Source: Spirochaetales bacterium
GTDB lineage: Bacteria; Spirochaetota; Spirochaetia; Treponematales; UBA12059
Direction: 5' to 3'
NCBI GenBank assembly: GCA_016928955.1
Contig: JAFGJV010000010.1
Coordinates: 1-64,000 of the forward strand
DNA: 64,000 bases
Position 1 is the first letter of the stretch; every line of letters begins with the position of its first letter. The notes below the pieces were generated by a model, which searched no databases, was not told the DNA's origin, and saw nothing but the letters and a program-made list of their open reading frames with translations. This document shows positions 8,464-18,009 of this stretch, one piece after another. The translations under genes and the position numbers were made by a program.

Positions 8464-9258
8464 CTACAAGCCCTGGCGCTTGGCCTCGTCCCAGAAACCG
8501 TCCATCACGGCTAGCGCTCCCGGGGCCATGGGCTGGCCCGTCTCGGCCATTCGCTTTTCCACGTGCCTGAAGCGCGCCGAGAATTTTTCCAAGGCACGAT
8601 GCAGGGCCAGCGCCGGGTCCACCTTGTGCTTGCGGGCCACGTTCACGACCGAGAAGAGAAGGTCGCCCAGCTCGTCCTCGATGCGGTCCCTGTCTGCCTG
8701 CGGCGCCTGGCACACGGCCCGGGCTTCCGACGCTTCCTCCGCCAGTTTGTCCCAGGGGCCTGTGGCGTCGTCCCAGTCAAAACCGGCCTTGGCCGCGGCT
8801 TTCTGCAGTTTGTACGCCTTCTCCAGGGGCGGCAGGGCCTTGGACACGGAGTCCAGCGCGGAGTCCTTGCGCCTGCGCCCTTCCACGGACACCTTGATGT
8901 CGTTCCACTGACGTATCACCTCGTCCGGCGTGTCCGCCTGCGCCTGTCCGAACACGTGCGGGTGGCGTCGCACCAGCTTGTCGGACACCGTGCCCAGCAC
9001 GTCGGCCACGGTAAAGGAACCATCCTGCTCGTACATGTAGGATATGAAGGTGGCCAGGAGGTAGAGGTCGCCCAGCTCTTCCTTGACGTGGGCCTGGTCG
9101 CCCTCGTTGATGGCCTCCACGCACTCGTACGCTTCCTCTATCAGGTTGCCGCGCACGCTAGCTGGCGTCTGCTCGCGGTCCCAGGGACAGCCGTCCGGCG
9201 CCCTGAGCTTCTGCATGATACCGTACAGGCGCTTGAACGCCTCTCCTGTTGTTTCCAT
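8464..9258 (-). CDS. mazG: Nucleoside triphosphate pyrophosphohydrolase MazG
   Basis: LRAPDGCPWDREQT, EEAYE, EELGDL, RRHPHVF, second domain DELGDLLF. Confidence 0.95.
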   Translation of the reverse strand: METTGEAFKRLYGIMQKLRAPDGCPWDREQTPASVRGNLIEEAYECVEAINEGDQAHVKEELGDLYLLATFISYMYEQDGSFTVADVLGTVSDKLVRRHPHVFGQAQADTPDEVIRQWNDIKVSVEGRRRKDSALDSVSKALPPLEKAYKLQKAAAKAGFDWDDATGPWDKLAEEASEARAVCQAPQADRDRIEDELGDLLFSVVNVARKHKVDPALALHRALEKFSARFRHVEKRMAETGQPMAPGALAVMDGFWDEAKRQGL

Positions 9259-9569
9259 GACGCCATTCTGCCCCGCCTGAAGCCGGGTGGGCAAGGGGCG
9301 CCTGGCACTCGGGCACGGTGATGCCAGCCCAGCCCTGTATTTTTATACGTTTTCCATGCATATCCAGCGTATATTCCGCCAAAAATCCCTTGACACAGAC
9401 CGGCCGCATGCCCCATTGTGCGCGCTACATCCGGGAAGCGGCTTGAGAAGCACCCCCGGACGACTATACTTTGGGCAAGCGCCGTACGGCGGCAACCGTA
9501 GGGCGCGTGCGGCGAGCGGCGCCGTAGGGCGCGCCATCCACCACGCACGGAGGGGATAAGGCACAAGAG

Positions 9570-10676
9570 TTGATAGGAAGCGACGTTGTCATCGAGCATG
9601 TAGGCAAATCGTTCGGCGCGTTCCGGGCGCTGGACGACGTGAGCATAGGGATAGGCAAGGGCGAGTTTTTCTCCCTGCTTGGCCCTTCGGGATGCGGCAA
9701 GACCACGCTCTTGCGCATCATAGCCGGGTTCGAGCAGCCTGAGTCCGGGGCGGTGCTCCTGGACGGCGTGAACGTGCTGCCGGAGCCGCCCAACACGCGG
9801 CGCGTGAACACCGTGTTCCAGAATTACGCCCTGTTCCCCCACCTGTCGGTGTTCGAGAACGTGGCCTTTTCCCTGCGCCTGGCCAAGGCGCCGGACGCCA
9901 CGGTACGCGACCGCGTGGGCCACTATCTCCGGCTGGTCGAGCTGGAAGCGCACGCGGACAAGAAGCCAGCCCAGCTGTCCGGCGGCCAGAAACAGCGCGT
10001 GGCCATAGCGCGCGCCTTGATCAACGAGCCGTCCGTCCTCCTTCTGGACGAGCCCCTGTCCGCCCTGGACGCCAAACTGCGCCAGCACATGCTCATCGAG
10101 CTGGACGCCATCCACGACAAGATCGGCATCACCTTCATCTACGTCACCCACGACCAGCAGGAGGCCCTGTCAGTGTCGGACCGCATAGCCGTGATGAACG
10201 GAGGCCAGGTCCTGCAGGTCGGCACGCCCCAGGAAATCTACGAGGCGCCGGCCACGGACTTTGTGGCCAAATTCATAGGCGAGACCAACCTGTACGAAGG
10301 CACCATACGCTCGGTCAGCGGGCAGATGGCGGAGCTGGACACGGCCGAATTCGGCACGGTGTACGTCACGGACGACGACCCGCCGCCCGCGGGCACCCGG
10401 GTCAGCTGGACGGTGCGTCCCGAGAAAATACGCATAGACCTGGAGCGGCCATCGTCCGTGCGCGGCGGGCTCAACCTGCTGTCCGGCCTGGTGGATGAAC
10501 CCATCTACTCCGGCTTCCAGACCAAGTTCTACGTGCGTACTGACCAGGGCGCCACGCTCAAGGTGATCAAACAGCACGCGGACTGGTCGGACGAAGGCCC
10601 GCGCATACGCTGGAAGGACTCGGTGTGGCTGTCGTACAGCGCGGAGGACGCCTTCCTGGTGGAGGTCAAGCGATGA
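9570..10676 (+). CDS. potA: Spermidine/putrescine ABC transporter ATP-binding protein
   Basis: [42 protein letters not shown]-like C terminus. Confidence 0.9.
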   Translation: MIGSDVVIEHVGKSFGAFRALDDVSIGIGKGEFFSLLGPSGCGKTTLLRIIAGFEQPESGAVLLDGVNVLPEPPNTRRVNTVFQNYALFPHLSVFENVAFSLRLAKAPDATVRDRVGHYLRLVELEAHADKKPAQLSGGQKQRVAIARALINEPSVLLLDEPLSALDAKLRQHMLIELDAIHDKIGITFIYVTHDQQEALSVSDRIAVMNGGQVLQVGTPQEIYEAPATDFVAKFIGETNLYEGTIRSVSGQMAELDTAEFGTVYVTDDDPPPAGTRVSWTVRPEKIRIDLERPSSVRGGLNLLSGLVDEPIYSGFQTKFYVRTDQGATLKVIKQHADWSDEGPRIRWKDSVWLSYSAEDAFLVEVKR

Positions 10677-11590
10677 AACAGGGCCCAGGCGGCCTGTACG
10701 CCGCCCCGTCCATCCTGTGGCTGAGCGTGTTCTTCGTCGCCCCGCTCCTCATCATCGTCGCCTACAGCTTCCTGACTCAGGGACAGCGCGGCGGCGTTGA
10801 GTGGAAGCCCACCCTGGATGCGTACAAGGCCATTGCCAACCCCACCTTCCTCACCGTGACGGTCAATACCATCGTGGTGGCGCTGGGGGCCACCCTGGTT
10901 ACCATCCTCATAGCCCTGCCCTGCGGCTACCACATGGCCCGGTCCAAGCGGCAGAACCTGCTCCTGCTGCTGGTGATCATACCCTTCTGGACCAACTTCT
11001 TGATCCGCATATACGCTTGGATAGCCATCCTTGGCAACGAGGGTTTCCTGAACGATCTCCTGCGCTTCCTGGGCCTGACTGACGAGCCACTGCGCTTTCT
11101 GTACAACCGCTGGGCCGTGGGCCTGGTGCTGGTATACACCTACCTGCCCTACGCCATACTGCCGCTGTTCTCCACCATAGACAAATTCGATTTCTCCCTC
11201 CTGGAGGCGGCGCGCGACCTGGGGGCGACCAAGCTCAAGGCCATAACCCGGGTGCTCCTGCCGAACATCAGGGGCGGAGTGTTCACGGCCTTCCTGTTCA
11301 CCTTCATTCCCATCTTCGGAGCGTACGCCGTGCCCCTCCTGGTGGGCGGCACCGAGTCGTACATGCTGGGCAACCTGATAGCCGACGAGCTGACCAAAAG
11401 CCGCAACTGGCCCCTGGCCGCGGCCATATCGCTGGTGATCACCCTGGTAACCACGGTCGGCGTCATGCTGCTCTTGCGCGCCGGCGGGACGGCCACCCTG
11501 GGCTCCGGCGGAGCCGGTACCAAGGAGCCGGAGGAGGGCGCGGCGCTACCCGCCCAATCCGTTGCTAGCGCGGAAGGAGAGCCGGCATGA
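10673..11590 (+). CDS. potB: Spermidine/putrescine ABC transporter permease
   Basis: IIPFWTNFLIRIYAW, EAARDLGA. Confidence 0.88.
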   Translation: MKQGPGGLYAAPSILWLSVFFVAPLLIIVAYSFLTQGQRGGVEWKPTLDAYKAIANPTFLTVTVNTIVVALGATLVTILIALPCGYHMARSKRQNLLLLLVIIPFWTNFLIRIYAWIAILGNEGFLNDLLRFLGLTDEPLRFLYNRWAVGLVLVYTYLPYAILPLFSTIDKFDFSLLEAARDLGATKLKAITRVLLPNIRGGVFTAFLFTFIPIFGAYAVPLLVGGTESYMLGNLIADELTKSRNWPLAAAISLVITLVTTVGVMLLLRAGGTATLGSGGAGTKEPEEGAALPAQSVASAEGEPA

Positions 11591-12363
11591 AGCGCTCGAT
11601 CTTCTCCAAGGCCGTGTTCGCCGGGACCATCGTGTTCCTGTTCCTGCCCCTGGCCGTGCTGGTGTTCTACTCGTTCAACGAGTCCAAGTCCGGGTCCTGG
11701 GGCGGCTTCTCCCTGCGCTGGTACCTGAAGCTGTTCACCGACTCGCCGGACCTCTGGAGGGCCTTCGGGAACAGCGCAATCATCGCCCTGGGCTCGGCGG
11801 CCGTGGCCACGGCCATAGGCACCCTGGGAGCCATAGGCGTCAACTGGTACCGTTTCCGCCTGCGCTCGTACCTGCGCACCGTCACCTTCCTGCCCATGAT
11901 CCTGCCGGAGATCATCATAGGCGTGTCGCTCCTGGTGTTCTTCTCCGGCCTGGGCATTAGGCTCGGGCTGTTCACGGTGTTCGTTGCGCACGTATCCTTC
12001 AACCTGCCCTTCGTGTTCCTCCTGGTGCTGGCGCGCCTTGAGGAATTCGATTTTTCCATCATAGAGGCGGCGCGCGACCTGGGCGCCACCGAGGCGCAGA
12101 CCCTGGCGCGGGTAATCCTGCCCATGATCATGCCGGGCATCGTGTCGGGCTTCCTCACTGCGGTGACCCTGTCCCTGGAGGACTTTGTCATCACCTTCTT
12201 TGTCACCGGGCCCGGGGCCACCACCCTGCCTTTGTACGTGTACTCGGCCATACGCTTTGGCATATCGCCGGTCATTAACGCGCTCTCGGTGGTCATGATA
12301 CTGGGCACCGTGGCGCTCACCTGGTCCATGAGGAACTTCCTCAAATACATAGCAGCCAAATAG
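11587..12363 (+). CDS. potC: Spermidine/putrescine ABC transporter permease
   Basis: GFSLRWY, LPEIIIG, EAARDLGA, SLEDFVITFF. Confidence 0.88.
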   Translation: MKRSIFSKAVFAGTIVFLFLPLAVLVFYSFNESKSGSWGGFSLRWYLKLFTDSPDLWRAFGNSAIIALGSAAVATAIGTLGAIGVNWYRFRLRSYLRTVTFLPMILPEIIIGVSLLVFFSGLGIRLGLFTVFVAHVSFNLPFVFLLVLARLEEFDFSIIEAARDLGATEAQTLARVILPMIMPGIVSGFLTAVTLSLEDFVITFFVTGPGATTLPLYVYSAIRFGISPVINALSVVMILGTVALTWSMRNFLKYIAAK

Positions 12364-12372
12364 GAGGCCTGT

Positions 12373-13413
12373 ATGGTTTCAAAATCGGCCCGCGCGGCGC
12401 TCGCGCTTGTGGTCCTTGGGGTTCTTGTCCTGGCGTCGGCCTGCGGCGGTTCGGGGCAGAAGCTCTACCTGTACAACTGGACGTACTACATCCCAGACGA
12501 CGTGATAGAGGACTTTGAGCGTTCCCACGGCGTGGACGTGATTGTGGACTCATATTCGTCCAACGAGGAAATGTACAACAAGCTGGTGGCCGGGGGCTCG
12601 GGCTACGACATCGTGGTACCGTCGGGCGACTACGTATCCATCATGATAGCGGAGGGCCTCCTCAAGGAGCTGGACCTGTCGCGCGTGCCGAACCTGGCCA
12701 ACGTTGACCCCTCGGCCATAGCGCGCATCGGCTTTGACCCGGACAACCGCTACAGCGTGCCGTTCATGATGGGCGCCGCGGGCGTGTCCGTGAACTCGAG
12801 CAAGGCAGAGGGCTACGCGCACAGCTGGAGCATTTTCGGCGACGAGCGGCTCCGCGGGCGCATGACCATGCTGGACGACATGCGCGAGGTCCTTGGCGCG
12901 GCGCTCAAGTTCCTGGGTTATTCGGTCAACGACGTGGACCCCGCCCATCTGGAACAGGCCCGACAGGTTGTGGAATCATGGAAACCCAACCTGGTCAAGT
13001 TCGACGCGGAGGCCTTTGCCAAGAGCTTTGCCTCAGGCGAATTCTGGGTGGTCCAGGGCTACGCGGAAAACGTGTTCCTTGAATACGACGAGGAACGGCG
13101 CGGCGAGATAGATTTCTTCTTCCCCCAGGAAGGCATGCCCATGTACCTGGACAGCTTCTGCATCTTAAGCGGCGCTCAGAACGTGGACACGGCCTACCAG
13201 TTCATTGACTACATGCTGAGCCCGGAGATAGCCGCCCGCGTGTCCGACTACCTCATGCTACCCTCGCCCAACGTGCCGGCTCGGGAGCTCATGACCGTTA
13301 CCCCGAACTACAGCTTTGACGACCTGGCCGCCGGGGAGTTCAAGGAAGACCTGGGCCTTGAGGGACTCAAGCTGTACAACAAGGTGTGGCGCCAGATACG
13401 CGTGGGCAACTGA
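12373..13413 (+). CDS. potD: Spermidine/putrescine ABC transporter substrate-binding lipoprotein
   Basis: Lipobox LASAC, YNWTYYI, YSSNEEM, YDIVVPS, LDDMRE. Confidence 0.88.
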   Translation: MVSKSARAALALVVLGVLVLASACGGSGQKLYLYNWTYYIPDDVIEDFERSHGVDVIVDSYSSNEEMYNKLVAGGSGYDIVVPSGDYVSIMIAEGLLKELDLSRVPNLANVDPSAIARIGFDPDNRYSVPFMMGAAGVSVNSSKAEGYAHSWSIFGDERLRGRMTMLDDMREVLGAALKFLGYSVNDVDPAHLEQARQVVESWKPNLVKFDAEAFAKSFASGEFWVVQGYAENVFLEYDEERRGEIDFFFPQEGMPMYLDSFCILSGAQNVDTAYQFIDYMLSPEIAARVSDYLMLPSPNVPARELMTVTPNYSFDDLAAGEFKEDLGLEGLKLYNKVWRQIRVGN

Positions 13414-13433
13414 AAGACCGCCACCAGTCAAAG

Positions 13434-13466
13434 GGAACGGCCCCAACGCGGGGCCGTTCCTTTTTT
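13434..13466 (+). terminator. Intrinsic terminator after potD
   Basis: GGAACGGCCCC-AACGC-GGGGCCGTTCC followed by T6. Confidence 0.85.
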
Positions 13467-13480
13467 AAGCCGGCGGCCCG

Positions 13481-15463
13481 TTAGCTGCTCGTGTTCAGCA
13501 GGGCGAGCAGAGCCTTGATGTCGCCGGCGCCAAGGCCCGCGCCCCAGCCCATGCTGCCCCGGCTGGCTGACGACCACAGCATGACGCCCTGTAGCTCGCT
13601 GTAGGCAAAGGGCAGGGGACCTGAGTCCGGCTTCAGCTGGAGGATCAGTTTGGCCAGGCGGGCCGTGGAAAGGTAGACAAAGCCCTTAATGTCTACCGGC
13701 GCTCCCGCCCTGAGCTGGCTGAAGCCCCTGACTCCCGACAATTGCGCCGTTGCCCTGTCCCTCCTGGCCAGGTCCACCGCTTGGGCAGGCTGTCCCAGCC
13801 ACATATAGGCCTTGTCGCCCGAGTACGCGTAGGATATGTGGCCATACCTGGCCACCAGGGATTCCGCCAGCGCATCCATGTATTCCCACTCATCGGTTTC
13901 CGCCGAGTAGTGATCATACGGCATGCCGCCCTCCGACCCGGATTGGTGGCCAATGAGCGCGGGCACGCCGAGCTTCAGCAACATATCCCGGTATACCGAA
14001 CCCGGTTCCAGGATCTGGGCTTTCATGGCGTCGCGATAGGCTTGCCTGTCCTTGAGCTGGCTGACCCCGTACAACGAAAGCTCCAGGCCCTCCGATACCA
14101 ACCTGGCCGCCTCTTCGGCCCCGGGGTAGTCTCCCTGCAAGGCGCGCCCCAGCGCGTCGCTCACGCTCACATCCAGGGAAAAAGCTCCGTTGCGCCCGCT
14201 TGCCCCGGCCAGGGCAAGCTGTTGTTCAAGACCGACGTCCAGGGCTTCCGCCGACGCCAGGGCTGCGCCAAAGAATTCCAGAAACTTTGTCATCCACTCC
14301 GTGCCCGATGACCAGGCGCCGGTCAGCAAAGCGTTCCCGTCGCAGTAGGACAAATAGGGCAGTTTGGAGTCTCCAGACGCCATGGACAACGCCATGGCGT
14401 CCAGAAGCCCGCCGGATGCCAGGCCCAGTCTGGCGCTCGTCCACACACGGTCCGAGTTTACGGTCAGGGCTATTTCCACGGTAGACAGGCCGTCTATAAG
14501 CTCCTGAACCAGGGGGAGCGCGGCTGAAAGCGACTGGATCGCGCTTTGGGATGGAGATTCTGAGGCCGACGGGGAGCTGTCCTCGTCGTCAAGCTCCGCC
14601 CAGTAGTCCGAGGATTTCAGGCTCCCCGAGTCGGTGCCGAATTCGTCGTCGCCATAATAGTCGCCATAATCGTCACCATACGCGTCGTATCCCTCGTCGT
14701 CCGCATACTCTTCGTCCTGCCCCGATTCCTCCGCCCCGTCATAGCCCTCGTAGTCCAGGTAGGATTCCGAATCGTCATCGTAATAGTTGTACGCATCGCC
14801 GTCCGGGACCTGGTCCGCGGATGAGTCTCCGAGCGTGGACAGGGCCTGCGCCATGGCCGCGTTGAACATGCCGGAAAAAGCGGCCACGTCCAGCCACACG
14901 GACAGCGTTGAATCCGGATAGGAAGCCAGGCTCAGGCTGGCGTTGCCATCGGGCGCGGCGAGCAAGCCGGGATCCATGTTTATGCCCAAGGCCAAGTACC
15001 CCGGTATATGGTAGGATACGTTGAGGCTCAACTCCGTATTGCCGGACACCATTTCAAGCACGCCGCTCTCAACGGAATTTTTGTCACGGTACGGCACAAG
15101 GACCAGCATGCCGGGCCCGGAGCTGCTCGAGCCTTCGGGCACCATATACAGGGCAAATACCAGCCGCTTGCCCGCATCCACGGCCTCAAGAAGCGCTTTG
15201 AGTTTGTCCATCGCCTGCGCGTGCTCGGGGGCGTCTCCGCGGAGCACGCGCCGGATTTCGGCCAGCTCCGGGGACGCGTCCATCAGCCCGGACGCTTCCA
15301 GGAACGAGACGGCGTTCTTCACGAACAGGCCGGTATTGTCAATGCTGACCACCATGGTGGCCCCGGCCGGCAGGGCGCGCAGGGGATCCTGCACATCCGC
15401 AGCTCCGGACAGCAACACCAGGCAAAAAAGCCCAAAAATCGCACTAAAAGATTTTCTTAACAT
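13481..15463 (-). CDS. Secreted hypothetical protein with central Asp/Glu/Tyr-rich low-complexity tract
   Basis: 660-aa ORF, signal peptide MLRKSFSAIFGLFCLVLLSGAA, GAGGAG SD. Confidence 0.75.
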   Translation of the reverse strand: MLRKSFSAIFGLFCLVLLSGAADVQDPLRALPAGATMVVSIDNTGLFVKNAVSFLEASGLMDASPELAEIRRVLRGDAPEHAQAMDKLKALLEAVDAGKRLVFALYMVPEGSSSSGPGMLVLVPYRDKNSVESGVLEMVSGNTELSLNVSYHIPGYLALGINMDPGLLAAPDGNASLSLASYPDSTLSVWLDVAAFSGMFNAAMAQALSTLGDSSADQVPDGDAYNYYDDDSESYLDYEGYDGAEESGQDEEYADDEGYDAYGDDYGDYYGDDEFGTDSGSLKSSDYWAELDDEDSSPSASESPSQSAIQSLSAALPLVQELIDGLSTVEIALTVNSDRVWTSARLGLASGGLLDAMALSMASGDSKLPYLSYCDGNALLTGAWSSGTEWMTKFLEFFGAALASAEALDVGLEQQLALAGASGRNGAFSLDVSVSDALGRALQGDYPGAEEAARLVSEGLELSLYGVSQLKDRQAYRDAMKAQILEPGSVYRDMLLKLGVPALIGHQSGSEGGMPYDHYSAETDEWEYMDALAESLVARYGHISYAYSGDKAYMWLGQPAQAVDLARRDRATAQLSGVRGFSQLRAGAPVDIKGFVYLSTARLAKLILQLKPDSGPLPFAYSELQGVMLWSSASRGSMGWGAGLGAGDIKALLALLNTSS

Positions 15464-15679
15464 GACGGCTCCTCGCTACCACTCCGGACTCTCGGGCTCC
15501 TGGCCGGGCAAGTCCGGGTTTACCAAGAAAATAGCGCGGAATTGGGGGTTTTGGATACCGGGCGCACCAGCCCACACGCCTGCGCCCGTTGCGCGCGCGG
15601 CTGTTCGGCGCTAGGATGAACGTCGGCTGGCGGAACCGCACGGGTTCCCCGGGCCGCGTCAGCAGGAAGGAAAAGCGCC

Positions 15680-17611
15680 ATGACCAAGAGGATCGACGAC
15701 GACACCATAGAAAAGACCGTCAACGCCATAACGGAGGCCGGGCAGCCGGACTGCCGGGACCGGGCCTTGGAGGGCGTGCGCTGCGCGGCCTCGTACTGGA
15801 GGGAGGAGGACGGCAGCTCGGACGAATTCTCCGCTTTTTGCGTCCGCCACTTTGCCTGCTCCGAGCGGGAGCGAGACGCGCTGTTTGGCCGCCTGGAAGC
15901 CCTGTCAGAGGTCCTGTACGGTTCCATGCTGGCCATAGGCAAGCAGCTTGAATGGGGCGTGCACGTGGACCAGGGGCCCCTTCTGCCCGCGGACGACATC
16001 CTTTCGGCATGGTCGCCGGGCGCCCACCTGTCCGACGACCTCTTTGGCAACAAGCTTGCCTTTGTCATCCACCTGAACTTTCCCTACCGGAGCCTCCAGC
16101 GCAAGCTCAAGGAAGGTCCGTCCTGGACCCGCAGGCAGTGGGCCGAGACCCGCCTGGGCGACACCCTGACAGAGCGCGTACCGGCTGACGTGTCCCAGCG
16201 CCTGGCCTCCGCCTTCTCGGCCGCCCAGAACTACATCATGGGCTACAACCTCTATCCGGCCGCCCTGCGCGACAACGGCGACGACGCCCTCTTTCCGGAG
16301 GACAAGCGCCTGCTCATGCACTGGAACATGAGGGACGAGATCAAGGCCCAGTACGGCAGACAGGACGCTACGCGGCGCCAGCGCCTGTTGTACGCGGCCA
16401 TGGAGCGCGTGGTTGACGGCGGCATACCCCTTGAGGCCATCGATACGGCCAGCCATCCGTGGAATCCGTCCAAGCAGTCGACCCAACCTGAAGGCAACCG
16501 CCGTTACGAATTCATGCTGGATATTTTCAGGGCCGAGCGCGGCCTGGACCAGTGGTGCCCGGACAATCCCAGCCTGGTGGCCCGCCGTTTCAACGTGGAC
16601 CGCGAAATACCGGAAAAGGACGTGGAGCGGCTCTTCCATGAGCTGTTGTCGTCCCCGGCCTTCGGACGAGCCGCCAAACTGGTGTCGTCCCGCCTTGAAC
16701 GCCCCCTGGAGCCCTTTGACGTGTGGTACCGGGACTTTGAGGAAGGCCAGAAGCCGGACGAGGCCGAGCTGGACGCCCTGACCCGCGCGCGCTACCCGGA
16801 CGCCCGCGCCTTCAAGAACGACATACCCCGCATCCTGGACGTCCTGGGCTTTGACAAGGCGGAAGCCGCCTGGCTGGCCGAGCGCATAGAGGTGGACCAG
16901 GCCAGGGGCTCGGGGCACGCCATGCCGGCTGCCATGCGGTCGGACAAGGTGCGCCTGCGCACCAGGGTCCCCAAGGCGGGCATGGACTACAAGGGCTTTA
17001 ACATAGCCTGCCACGAGCTCGGCCACAACGTGGAGCAGGTGTTCAGCCTCCACGGCATGGACGAGTACTTCCTGGCCAGCGTGCCCAACACGGCCTTCAC
17101 GGAGGCTTTTGCCTTTGTGTTCCAGGCGCGGGACCTGGCCATACTCGGCCGGGACGACGCGCCAGTGGGGCCGTCGGTGCTGGCCGACTACTGGGCGAGC
17201 TGCGAGATAGCCGGCGTGGCTCTGACGGACATGGAACTGTGGAACTGGATGTACGCCCATCCCGACTGCGACGCGCGCGCGCTCAGGGAAGCGGCCATGT
17301 CCATAGCCCGGTCCGTGTGGAACCGCTATTTTGCCCCGGCCTTTGGCGTACGAGACGCCCTTATGCTGGGTACCTATTCGCACATGATCGAGCACGCCAT
17401 GTACCTGCCGGATTATCCGCTCGGCCACATCATATCCTTCCAGATAGAGGCGGCCATGAAGGGAAAATCGGTCGGCTCACAGATGGGGCGCATGTGCCGC
17501 CTGGGGCGGCTGTCGCCCAACCAGTGGATGCGCCAAGCCGTGGGCTCGGACATATCGGTGGAACCCATGCTGACGGCGGCTCTGGCCGAGCTGAGCGCCA
17601 AAGGTTTTTAA
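15680..17611 (+). CDS. Putative zinc metallopeptidase (gluzincin, M3-like)
   Basis: HELGH followed by NTAFTEAFA and later H/Y-rich YSHM..YLPDYPLGH; strong GC3 bias. Confidence 0.65.
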   Translation: MTKRIDDDTIEKTVNAITEAGQPDCRDRALEGVRCAASYWREEDGSSDEFSAFCVRHFACSERERDALFGRLEALSEVLYGSMLAIGKQLEWGVHVDQGPLLPADDILSAWSPGAHLSDDLFGNKLAFVIHLNFPYRSLQRKLKEGPSWTRRQWAETRLGDTLTERVPADVSQRLASAFSAAQNYIMGYNLYPAALRDNGDDALFPEDKRLLMHWNMRDEIKAQYGRQDATRRQRLLYAAMERVVDGGIPLEAIDTASHPWNPSKQSTQPEGNRRYEFMLDIFRAERGLDQWCPDNPSLVARRFNVDREIPEKDVERLFHELLSSPAFGRAAKLVSSRLERPLEPFDVWYRDFEEGQKPDEAELDALTRARYPDARAFKNDIPRILDVLGFDKAEAAWLAERIEVDQARGSGHAMPAAMRSDKVRLRTRVPKAGMDYKGFNIACHELGHNVEQVFSLHGMDEYFLASVPNTAFTEAFAFVFQARDLAILGRDDAPVGPSVLADYWASCEIAGVALTDMELWNWMYAHPDCDARALREAAMSIARSVWNRYFAPAFGVRDALMLGTYSHMIEHAMYLPDYPLGHIISFQIEAAMKGKSVGSQMGRMCRLGRLSPNQWMRQAVGSDISVEPMLTAALAELSAKGF

Positions 17612-17618
17612 CAGCTTT

Positions 17619-17672
17619 CTGTCCGGGAGGGCAACCCCGCTCGGGTTTCCCTCCCGGCCCCACCCTTCCTGA
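17619..17672 (+). repeat. 54-bp palindromic repeat, copy 1 (REP-like)
   Basis: CCGGGAGGGCAACCC...GGGTTTCCCTCCCGG hairpin plus CCCCACCCTTCCTGA tail; near-identical to 19659-19712. Confidence 0.85.
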
Positions 17673-18009
17673 GCAAGAGCATCGAGTTTTCCAACATCCT
17701 GGTCAACCTGCATGTTCATGCACGCTTGAGCATAAACCCCAAAAACGCCCTCGCTCCGCTTCTCAGTCCCCGTCGTTCCTGACTATATTGGTAAGGCCCC
17801 GATCCCAGGGGCCGTCGGGCGGGCTCCTAGCCGGTCTGACGCGACTAGACGCCGCCGTTGGCGGCGGGGCCTCCACAAGCCCATCGATCTTTTTCCCACC
17901 CTACCCCGAGTTCCGCCGCCCTACAGCCTGAGCAGATGGCCATGGGCCGGAACCGATGGGCTGGTGCCGAAAGGCGCCAACCTCCCGCGTTTGGAAAGGA
18001 GTACGGGTC

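Noticed and set aside
15905..17428. 507-aa minus-strand ORF
   Set aside because: Shadow of the HELGH-containing gene; V/L/G/H-rich composition typical of antisense frames.
17790..17885. tRNA-like cloverleaf upstream of pruA
   Set aside because: No T-psi-C (GTTCRA) or D-loop consensus and no proper acceptor stem; kept only as a possible leader structure.
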